The position numbers and the translations under genes were made by a program. A DNA stretch of 64,000 nt, taken from contig NC_045696.1 in assembly GCF_009834535.1 (NCBI RefSeq), positions 108,378,001-108,442,000 of the forward strand. The letters run 5' to 3'. The notes beneath the pieces were generated by a model. That model was not told the origin of the DNA and did not search any database. It saw nothing but the letters and a program-made list of their open reading frames with translations. Below are positions 23,376 through 34,044 of the stretch, piece by piece. Within the stretch, counting starts at the first letter, position 1; the number at the start of each line of letters is the position of its first letter. This DNA comes from Camelus ferus (Eukaryota).

Positions 23376-25809
23376 TCAGTTTGGTTTTCTTTGTAGTTAA
23401 TTCTGCTTGTAATTCATAGCACTTCTTGCATCTGAAGCTTGATGTTTGTTGCCATATTTGAAAACAGTCATTATGCTCTCAAATTCTTGCTTCTGTCCAA
23501 TTTTCTGTCTCACAATTACACATAGGATAGGGTGGAGCGGGCCAAATGGGGACCCCATCAGGCAAATTTGTCTTGGAGACTTTTCAACCCAATTTCTTCT
23601 GTGTCCTTGGCAAGCACACACACCTTCAGGGCTCCATCCCAAGGTGGAAGAGCCTTGTTTTCAGATCAACCTCTCAAGATTTCAGGTATAAAGACTCAAA
23701 ATATGACCATCCATTCTCCTCCCTGTCCTGTGGAGATGCTGCATTATAGTAAGAGGACCTGGTGTCTCAAAGGCATCATGACCCTGAGAGGTGCAGGTGC
23801 ACTGGCAGACTTTCAGACTTCTTGACCTATCAGACAGGGGAGCTTACAGAAACTGTCCCCTTGGGCAGCCACTTCCCTTTCCTCCTTTGAAATCTAGTCT
23901 CACTTGGATCAATAATAACAGTATTTGTACCCAATTTTATAGTTTCAGAAGTAGCTTTCATATAGTTTAAATAAGTCAATGTTTAGACAGTATAAACACA
24001 AATATCCCCATTTTACCAATGTGGAAGGTGAGTTTCAGATTGCCTCCCATGTGCTGGTTTCCTTGGAAACATTATTTTGTTGACTTATCACAAGACCTGT
24101 GGGATGTGAAGCTTTCCCAGCCTGCTCGCCTGGTGAAGGGCTGGGGTCCCTCTTGGGTCTAGCACAAAATTCACAACCTTCCATCACACCACAATTCCTT
24201 AGAGTCATAGGGTTGTTAAATGATTCTAACCAAGGCATACATAGAGTAAGATTTCCCTAACTCAAATATTACTTTTCTTCCTTTTCCCCCTATTTTCCTC
24301 CAATTTTGTATTTATTAAAATATCATTAAAATTATTAGTATATCTTTTTATTTATTTTATTAAAATAGCAGAAGAATAAAGTAAGGGGAAAAAGAAGAAG
24401 AAAGGGAAATACATTTATTCATAAAATCACCCTACATCAACTATTTTAATTTTCCTGAGTCTCCTTTTAGTCTTTATCCTCATTCCTTCATATTTTATGT
24501 TGCTTGGCTCAAAGCCCAGTTATCACCCTGGATTCTGCTCTGTTCTCCTGGTGTCACATCATGGGCATTTCCCCAACGTTGCTGTGTGGTTCTCCATCTA
24601 CCCATGCTCAAAGGCTATAGATTGTTCTGGTAGGAAGCCCAGCTTTCTCTGCTCCTCTTCCTCCCCGATCCCCCCTCCCCATAGTCTGTCCACAGCTGAA
24701 CATCAGGTTTCAAGATGAGGGCTCCATGAACTTCTGTGTGTTTAGAAGGGAGTGCAATGCTGAGAAGTCTCCTCTCTTAAAAATTAAAACTTGAGCATCA
24801 AATAAAAAATAATATGCGTGCTGTTAAGGCAGTGACTTTGAAGGACTGCTCATCAACAGGTGAGTCTATGTGAATCCCTGCTTAAAACTGCTGTATTGGA
24901 GTCCAAGAGGAAATGGAAGGGAACGACTCTTTAATGCCTTCATTTGCCCGGACATTCAGCAGGGATGGCAATTTCATTTAAGAGAAAATTTCAGCAGGAA
25001 TCAATTTTTCTAAATCAAATTCAAGGGTCACTGATTATTAAGGCAACCATGGGCATGCTAATGATGCTATTTCTAGTTTGGTTAATACGTATGCATAATA
25101 AGAGAAAATTATTTACAGAGATGATGAATTTAATATTGGGAGTGAAGCAGATTTACAGCCTGGAAAATGTAATTGCTTTTTGATATCAATTAAAGAACTG
25201 TTTCCAAAATCAATAAGAATTTTAAAGAATAGCGTGAGCCTGAATGAATGATAAGTAACTTGGAAGCAATTTTAAAATCTTACAGTGAACAATCCTCTTG
25301 AGCCCCATGAAGGGCTTTATGGGCCTTTGAGGAATAAGGTAAGATTTTTTTTTAACTTCCATTGATTCAAAATGAAAGCAAAGCCTGCACACACCACTGA
25401 ACTGCCACTTATGTCGCTACATAAAGCCATGTTGGACATGGAGCTCCGGGAGTGATGAATCAGAGGGAATGAGAGAGCCTGGGAGCTGGTGCCTTATGGG
25501 CTGGAGCCAGACAAAGAAACATCTGCCACGCCTGGGGAGGGGATCAAGACCTGTCCTGGCGGGAGTCTCCCAGCTCCAGAGCTGAGCACTGGGAGAGGGG
25601 GAGTCCAAGAAATATCAAAGGATCAAAGCCATCCAATTTTGTCTCTCCACAGACATCTATCATGAATCTACTAGTGCACACAAGGTGGAGGCACCTTGAT
25701 GGGCTCTGCAGAGACAGGGATGAATAAGAAAAGGTTTTGTCCTAGAGAAGTTCATGGACTAGAGGAGAAGGCAGATGTGGAAACAGCAACAGGATAATAT
25801 AATGTTTGT

Positions 25810-26000
25810 TCCCATCAATGGAGAACACTCTGTGATGGGCAGTGCACCATGCACTTGGTGTACACTGTCTTATTCAGTCCTCCCAATAAGATCCTATTTT
25901 ATAGATTTTAAAAACTGGAGACAACGAGATTGTATAATTTGTCCAAGGTCACCCAGCTAGTGGGTGCAAGAGCTGGAAATCAAACCCAAGAATTCTACTT
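25810..26000 (-). mobile_element. MIR SINE
   Basis: ATAATTTGTCCAAGGTCACCCAGCTAGTGGGTGCAAGAGCTGGAAATCAAACCCAAG. Confidence 0.65.
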
Positions 26001-26468
26001 TTGTTAAAGATGCTAATACTGTTTCCAGTGGGGTTTGAGTTCTGGACCTTTGCTATGTGGTGTCAAATTCATGATCTCAGCACCAAGGGGAATTCCATAC
26101 AGGTGAATACACAGTGCTGTGTGGCTGCCCAGTAGGAAGATACTCACTTCGCCCCCTGGAGAAGCGGGGGTGATGCTCAGCCTGCTGGATTTCCCAGGGG
26201 CAATGACATTTGACGATTCAAGGATAATCAGGCATGGGCTTGACAAAGAACATAAAGGAGAATGTTTGACAAGGATAGAATTGTAGCATACACACAGAGG
26301 CAAGCATGGGCCCAATGACAGTGCTGCTACTTGAAGAAAAATCTCCTCAAGTCATCTCAAACAACAGGTGCCATCCCTGGTTTTAGTGAGTCCCAAAACA
26401 CTTGCCTGTGACATAGTCTACCTGCCAGTGATCACTGACTATACATTTCAAGAGTGCCTGATTCTCAA

Positions 26469-26671
26469 GGGAGGGTTCAAGATGGCAGTGTCCAAAGATC
26501 CTGAATAAATTCATCTCCTTCCACAAAACATATGGACACCTGCACACTGCAATAGTCTTTAGTGGGCCTCAGACAAGCTGGGTTTTATGCTGCAACAGAA
26601 GCCTCAGCCCCACCACTACAGGAGGGCTCATGCAGCCCATGTAGAGGACACCCACTAAACAACTGGCTCTG
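26469..26671 (+). mobile_element. Probable L1 5' UTR start (about 200 bp)
   Basis: Begins GGGAGGGTTCAAGATGGC. The YY1-type CAAGATGGC at 26478-26486 is the canonical motif at the L1 5' terminus. Confidence 0.5.
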
Positions 26672-27565
26672 GTGGCTCCATACAAATTTTAGAATTATTT
26701 GTTCTAGTTCCCTGAAGTATGTTATTGGTATTTTGATAAGGATTGCATTGAATCTGTAGATTGCTTCTAGTAGTATGCACATTATTAATGATATTAATTC
26801 TTCCAATCCATGAACATGGAATACCTTTCCATATTTCATTTATTTGCATCTTCTTCAATTTCTTTCATCAGTGTCTTATAGTTTTTAGTGTACAGCTTTT
26901 TTACCACCTCAATTAAATTTATTCCTAGGTATTTTTTGATGCAATTATAAATGGGCTTGTTTTCTTAATTTCTCTTTCTAGTTCTTTATTAGTTTACACA
27001 AATGCCACAGGTTTTCTGTATATTGATTTTTTTATCCAGTGACTTTACTGATTGATTTATTAGTTATAATAGTTTTTGGTGGAGTCTTTAGGGTTTTCTA
27101 TATATAGTATCATGTCACCTGCACATAGTGGTCATTTTACTTCTTTTTCAATTTGGATGACTTTTTTTCCTTACCGAATTGCTGTGGCTAGGACTTCCAA
27201 CACTATGTTGAATAAAAGTGGTGAGAATGTTCCTGATCTTATAAGAGAAGCTTTCAGGTTTTCACTGTTGAGTATGACATTAACTGTGGGTTTGTCATAT
27301 GTGGCCTTTATTATATTGCTGTATATTCTCTCTATACAGACTTTGTTGAGAGTTTTTAATCATAAATAGATGTTTAATTTTGTCAAATTCCTTTTTCAGT
27401 ATCTATTGACTTGATCATATGATTTTTATCCTTCACTTTGTTAATGTGATATAGCAGGTTGATTGATTTGTGAATGTTGAGCCATCCTAGCATAACTGGA
27501 GTAAATTCCCATTTGATTATGTTGTATGATCCTTTTAACACATTGTTGGATTTGGTTTGCTTTAT
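26672..27565 (-). mobile_element. L1 ORF2 (RT region) fragment
   Basis: Minus-strand ORF fragments [15 protein letters not shown] and [29 protein letters not shown] match L1 ORF2p motifs ([16 protein letters not shown]...[11 protein letters not shown]). The frame is shifted. Confidence 0.9.
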
Positions 27566-27624
27566 CTTTTAATACTTGTCCTCAAAGAACATATGAATCC
27601 TAGTTTCTATGACCCAAATAAGTA

Positions 27625-29988
27625 CCAGCACACCTCGTTTTTCTGCACTTTGTAGATACTGCTTTTTTTTTTTTTTTTTACAAATAAGAAGTTTTTGTCA
27701 ACCCTGCATTGAGCAAGTCTATCAGCACCATTTTTCCAACAGCATTTGCTCACTTTGTATTTCTGTGTCACATTTAAGTAACTTTTGTGATATTTCAAAA
27801 TTTCTACTTATTATTATTATTATTATTATGTTTTGGTGATCTGTGATCAATGGTCTTTGATGTTACTATTGTAATTGTTTGGAGGCACCACAAACTTTGC
27901 CCATATAAGATTGTAAACTTAATCCATTAATGTTGTGCATGTTTTGATTGCTCTCTCTCCCTCTCCTCAGTCCTCTCTTTTCCCTGAGACATAACAATAT
28001 TAAAATTAGGCCAATCAATAACCCTATGGTGGCCTCTAAGTGTTCAAGAGAAAAGAAGACTCACATGTCTCACAATTTAAATCAAAAGTTAGACGTGATT
28101 AAGCTTAATCAGGAAGGCATGTTGAAAGCCAAGACAGACCAAAAGGTAGACCTCTTGTACCAAATAGTTAGCTAATGTTGCGAATGCAAAGGAAAAGTTC
28201 TTGAAGGAAACTAAAATTGCTACTCCAGTGGACACACAAATGTTAAGAAAGTGAAACAGTTTTATTGCTGTTGTGGAGAAAGTTTTAGTGGTCTGGACAG
28301 AAAATAAAACCAGCCACAGAATTCCCTGAGCCAAAGCCTAATTCAGAACAAGGTCCTAACTCTTCAATTCTGTGAAGGTTGAAAGAGGTGAGGAAGCTTC
28401 AGAAGAAAAATTTGAAGCTAGCAGAGGTTGGTTTATGACATTTAAGGAAAGAAGCTGTCTCTGTAACATAGAAGTGCAAGATAAAGCACCAGGAGCTGGT
28501 GTAGGAAGCTGCAGCAAGTTCTCTAGAAGACCTCACTAAGGTAGCTAATGAAAGTGGCTACACTAAATGACAAATTTTTTATGTATACAAATAACCTTCT
28601 ATTGGAAGAAGATGCCATCTAAGACTTTCACAGCAAGAGAGGAAAAGTCAATGTTTGGCTTCAAAGCTTCCAAGGACAGGCTGACTCTCCTGTTAGGGGC
28701 TAATGCAACTGGTGACTTGAAGTTGAAGTCAGTGCTTATTTACCATTCCAAAATCCTAGGACCCTTTAGAATTGTGCTACATCTATTCTGCCTGCGCTCT
28801 GGAAGTGGAATAACAGTCTGGATGACAGTGTATCTGTTTAAAACATGGTTTAATGAATATTTTAAGTTCACTGTTGAGATCTACTGCTGAGAAAAAAAAA
28901 TATTTCTTTCAAATTATTGTTTGTTGTTAATGCACCTGATCACCCAAGAGCTCTGATAGATATTGACAACAAGATTTATGTTGTTTTCATGCTTACCAAC
29001 ACAACACCCACTCTACAGATCATGGATCAAGGACTCATTTTGAGTTTCAAGCCTTATTTAAGAAATACATTTTGTAAGGCTATAGCTGTCATAGATAGTG
29101 GTTCCTCTGATTGATCTGGGCAAAGTCTATTAAAAAACCCCTGGAAAGGATTCAGCATTCTAGATGCCATTAAGAACATTGGTGACTCATGGGAGAGGTC
29201 AAAATATCAACATAAACAGGAATTTGAAAGAAGTTGATTTTAATCCTCATGGATGACTTCGAGGGGTTTAAAACTTCAGTGGAGGAAATAACTGCAGATG
29301 TGGAAGAAACAGCAAGAGAACTAGAATTAGAGTTGGAGCCTGAAGATGGGACTGAATTGCTGCAGCCTCACTATATATATTCAGTGGATGAGGAGTTTCT
29401 TCTTATGGACGAGCAAAGGGAGTAGTTTCTTCATTGGGAATCTACCCCTGGTGAAGATGTTGTGAAGATTGTTGAAATGACCATGAAGGATTTGGAATAT
29501 GACATAAACTTAGTTGATAAAGGAGCAGCAGAGTTTGAGAGGATGGACTCCAATTTTGAAAGAAATTCTACAAGCATTGTATGCTACAGAGAAATTGTTC
29601 ATGAGAGAGTGTTGATCAATGTGGTAAATTTCATTACTGTCTCATTTTAAGAAATTGCCACAGCCACCCCAAACTTCAGCAAACAACACCCTGATCACTC
29701 AACAGCCATCAACATCAAGGCAAGAGCCTCCATCACAAAAATATTACAACTTATTGAAGGGTTGGGTGATGGTTAGCATTTTCTTTTAGCAATAAAGCAT
29801 TTTTTAAATTAAGTTGTGTACATTTTTTTAGACACAATGCTATTGCAAACTTAATAGACACCAGAATAGTGTAAACATAATTCTTATATGCCTTGGGAAA
29901 CCGAAAAACTTGTGACTCACTTTATTGCATTATTCACTGTATCGCGGTGGTCGGGAACCAAATCTACAATATCTCTGAGGTATACCTG
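27625..29988 (+). mobile_element. Near full-length Tigger1 DNA transposon (TcMar-Tigger), 2364 bp
   Basis: Left end CCAGCACACCTCGTTTT and right end ATATCTCTGAGGTATACCTG match Tigger1 TIRs. TA dinucleotides flank both ends (27623-27624 and 29989-29990). Transposase remnants lie inside. Confidence 0.95.
28026..29650 (+). pseudogene. Decayed Tigger1 (pogo/TIGD1-like) transposase
   Basis: Fragments in different frames: ASKCSREKKTHMSHNLNQKLDVIKL (HTH), FYWKKMPSKTFTAREEKSMFGFKASKDRLTLLLGANATGD, NAPDHP...[12 protein letters not shown] (DDE region) and [27 protein letters not shown]. There are many stops and frameshifts. Confidence 0.9.
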
Positions 29989-30229
29989 TACTGCGTACCA
30001 TGTACCGTGTTATCAGCTGAGGTAGAGAATCACAAGATCATACAGACTTGGAACTGGGGGACTTCTAAGAAATTACCTGGTTCAGGATTCTGTATGGTAT
30101 TTTATTATCAGGTAAGCATGCTTTCCAGGACACCACATTTGAGTGCATGGCATCAAACCCGGTTCCAATGAAAAATTTAAACAATAAGCAGAAGGCGGAC
30201 ATGTGTGCTTATTAGGTAACTGAGCATGG

Positions 30230-30450
30230 AACAAGCATGCCAAGGCTTGAATCTTGGCTTCATTACCAACTACATATGAGAGCTTGCACAACTTAGTAGA
30301 CTTGGCTGTGACTTAGTTTCTTCAACTTTAAAATGGAAATAATAAATACACCTACTTCATCAGCTTCTTGGGAAGATTAAGTGGTAGAATGTGTGTACAT
30401 CTCCTAGGGCGACGCTTGATCCATAGTAAGTGCCTAAAAATAATCCGTTA
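30230..30450 (+). mobile_element. MIR SINE
   Basis: TTGAATCTTGGCTTCATTACCAACTAC...CTTAGTTTCTTCAACTTTAAAATGGAAATAATA...GAAGATTAAGTGG...CATAGTAAGTGCCTAAAAA. Confidence 0.7.
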
Positions 30451-30884
30451 ATATTAATATCAGAGCATTGCTAAGTTGCAACAGGCAGCATCTTCCAACA
30501 GGTCATCCACACAATCAGTATAGTGTGACCAGCACAGCCAAAAAGTGTATGGATAATGGTCTGGAATTCCCAGCAAGAGGGCTTGAGCTACATTTTGTTT
30601 TCCTCATGGGCTTGCAGAACGAGACCATTGATCCACAACAAATTCAGGTAAATTCTATTGGTTCAGAAATTGATCTTATGTGGGTGCTAGCTTGTCTTCC
30701 ATTACAACGTTGCCAGGAAGAAACCAGCATCGTCTTTGATGGAGGAGTTACAGAAGGATCAATTCCCAAATAGCTGTAAAGAAAACTTAAGAAATAAGTT
30801 ATGCTGGAGAGAGCCTCACTCATCTGAGGGAGTTGATAGGGCAAGGTGATTGGATTCTGGAGGCACCATAAGCAAGTCATCATG

Positions 30885-31010
30885 CTTTGTTTCACCTCAG
30901 ATACCTCATTTGTGAAATGGGGTTAATTATAATACATAATACACAGGTTTGTTGTAAAGATTAAATATATGTACCTATAAAGCATTTAGAAGCTAATAAA
31001 TGCTAAATAC
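30885..31010 (+). mobile_element. MIR SINE 3' fragment
   Basis: CCTCATTTGTGAAATGGGGTTAATTATA...CAGGTTTGTTGTAAAGATTAAAT...TAAAGCATTTAGAA. Confidence 0.65.
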
Positions 31011-34000
31011 TCATCAGATAGTATTGATAATATACGGATCAAATACACTAAACTCAAGAGTAGCTCCACAGGGTTAGGGGTGGGAGAGGAGGGGATGGGA
31101 ATTCTCACTTTTTTATCTCTGATTTCTCTCTTTATTCTAATAACATCACTTTTTTTTGGTTCAGTTCTTTGCAGAAAGCATTTACTGATGGCCAGCTGAG
31201 TGGCTAGCAGTGTGCAAGACTCTGTAGAGGACCCACAAGGAAGAGAAAGGAGTATCAGACATCATTTTCCCCTCCAGGGAACTCTCCATCTGAAAGAAGA
31301 TACTTCATGCAGTGTGTCCTTACCTTACAGACGCTTAGTAGTGCACCAGCTTGGGCAAGGAGGAAGCAGGGGCTGGACGTACACTCTGCTCTAAGCAACA
31401 ATCCAAGATGACATGAGGGCATTCCAAGTAAGAGCATATCAAAAGAAAAGTCAGAGAGGCTTTAGCTCAGTGTGATAAGCTGGGGTGTGTATGGGTGTGT
31501 AGGTGTGTGAAGAGACCAATCTGGCTAGAATGGAGGGTTCAACTTAATGGGCTGTTGTGGGTAACATTGTGGGTCAGGCAGAGATGCAGCTAGCGCCTGA
31601 CGTAGGACCATACTGGTTGTTTAAGTCCTGAAATCTGCTCACATCCTGTCATCAACCTGGGACAACATTTTCTCCCCAAGGAGTTCCTTAAATTCAGAAA
31701 TAAAAATTAGTGCCCAGCACTACAGAGGGCCTCCAGGGCCAGCCTGCTCTAGCACTGTGGCCAGTGACCAATTTTGTTTGGGCAGTGGAAGATCACCCCA
31801 GTTATCAGTGTACAGAGGATCTGGAGAGCCAGCCTTGGGAAATTGTGCTTTATGCTGGAGACCACAGAGACCCACTGGCAGTCTTTATTGTGCAAAGACC
31901 CAGCAGGACAATGCCTCCTGCTGCAGGGGAATGTGCCTAACCCAGACTCAGCACCAGGCATTGCTCCTTCTCACTGGTTTCCCTGGGGGCTAGCTGGGCC
32001 TGGTAGCCATGCCACTGATGCTCACACCGAGGTCCCCGCACCAACACAGGACAACAGTGCTGCTCAGCTGTCCTCCCCTTGATCCGGATTCGCCACTGCA
32101 GTGGTTGAACAGTCACCTCTCCCATCCTTTAGGAAGGACACTGCTTGTCATTTTGAATCTGTCTTTGCCTTTTGCTTTTCCTGTACAAATAGTTGGTTGG
32201 TTCCTGATGATTCTCTTTCAACAATTTCTGTTGTGTGTTTTTTGTCTCCCCAACCTCAGGGCTGCCCATCTCCGTGACTGGTGCCCTACACAACTTTTGA
32301 TCAGTTAGCACATCCACTGTGGCTGAAAGCCCTCTTAGAATCTGTGGCTGAAAACCCTCTTAGCATCTGCCCTTTTGATCTTAGCTTCTAACCTCCCTCT
32401 GTGGGCAGAGAGAGCGTGTATGTTGGGGGAACAGTGGGCTCATAGGGAGGGAGTGCAGATGCTGGCTGGTCCTAAGCTGCTGTATCTGTGAATGAGAAAG
32501 ATGGCTGCAAGGAAGTGCTGTTACACTAGAGAATGGCTTGGGCCAACTGGGAAAGCTTCCTTGAGGACAAATTGGAAATTGATTCCTGATACTTTTAAAT
32601 TGAAAGAGGGAAGTGCTCCTTGTTTTCTTTAGAAAGTCTAGGTAATTTTATCAAGGAGGTCGATTTTATTGGAAATTTTGATTGCTTTAGAAATGTAATT
32701 ATTTCAATTCAGAAATATACAAAATTACATTGGTTAAAACAGTCATTTTCCTATCTTGCATTTTAAAAGATTATAGGATTTTTTTGTTCTCGTCTTTATA
32801 GATGGTTATTGAGCAAAATCTGGATCTCCCAGCTGCTTGATTTGCTTTCTTTTTGACTCAAGGCACACAAATGGTGCTATTTTGTTTCTCTCTAGAATTT
32901 CAGGGCCAAAGAGTTAGAAGAAATCCAAGGCAGAGCTTTCTGGCAAATCCTTCGAAGAACCACTGAAAGAATGATCAGAAGCCATCTTCCAGATAAGCAG
33001 AGGATCCCAGAAGAAAACGTGGATGCATCCAAAGTTTGTTTTCTATTTATCAAGCCTGAAGTTTTCCGACTGTATCATTTCTCCTCAGGGCCTCTGACAC
33101 CTCCCCAACCCAGTTTTCCATCACCTGAATTCTGTCAGCCTCTACAAGCATTTTCAGCTACTCTTCTTATATTGGCTCTCATTTTTTCCTATATGTTAAT
33201 CATGTTACTCCAAACCAGTTACAAATTCCTTGAGGTCCAAGAAGTTCTAGCTCATCAAGGTACTCAAAGAAGTGGTCCGCAGGCCCCTCCACGATGATTT
33301 ATTCATTGACATTTACACTAATGGGAAATAGTCCTTGCTGAAGGGACTCAATCCAAGGAGACTGGTTTTATATATGGAACCACCATGACCAATGAATACA
33401 ATGACTATCTGCTTTGCTGCCATTATATTATTACTGTCTCTGTATAAGTGGATGACAAGGTGGGACTCCACACGTATATCACCTTGGAAAGCCAGCACTG
33501 ATAATGGTGGAGAAGGTGCCAAGAAGACATAGCTGGGTGCTCCAGGGAAGAGACTGTCCAGAGTAGAGAAAGGGAGGCAGGGTAACCCTGAGGTCAGGCG
33601 GCAGGAATTTGAAGCCTGATTCTGCCATGGATTTTCAGAGTGAAATTGACAATATTTTAATACATTCCTTCGCTTCCCAGTAAGCAATCAAAAAATGGTG
33701 CTGTGGACAGAGAACCCAAAAGATAGAAATTATTGCTGGAAGGTCTCCCTTGCAGAAGGTAACTGGGACCTAATTTGCTAGTGTGCAGAAACTGGTTTTC
33801 CTGTTACTTTTGTGAAGCCACTTCAGGTCTCTTTTAACATGCTTCACAAAGGCTTGTTTCAATGTGTTGATGTGTCTTGGGGATAACCATGTGCATGGCT
33901 TTTAGGAGAAGCTCCTTTTTCAGACGTGTAGTGGTGCAGAAAAAGGGGTGTAGACTGGGATCTGGGAGACAGCCCAGCTTCGGGAGCCCTGGGTACCCTT

Positions 34001-34044
34001 TCCCGGCAGCTGCAGTTCTCTGAGATCCAGCTGCCTTCACCTGT

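Noticed and set aside
28026..29650. Functional TIGD1-like domesticated transposase
   Set aside because: It has multiple stops and frameshifts and mutated catalytic motifs, and it is still inside TIRs. It is a neutral fossil.
32620..32650. 9-nt microexon AAAGTCTAG between TTTCTTTAG and GTAATT
   Set aside because: The donor is weak, there is no host gene evidence, and such pairs arise often by chance.
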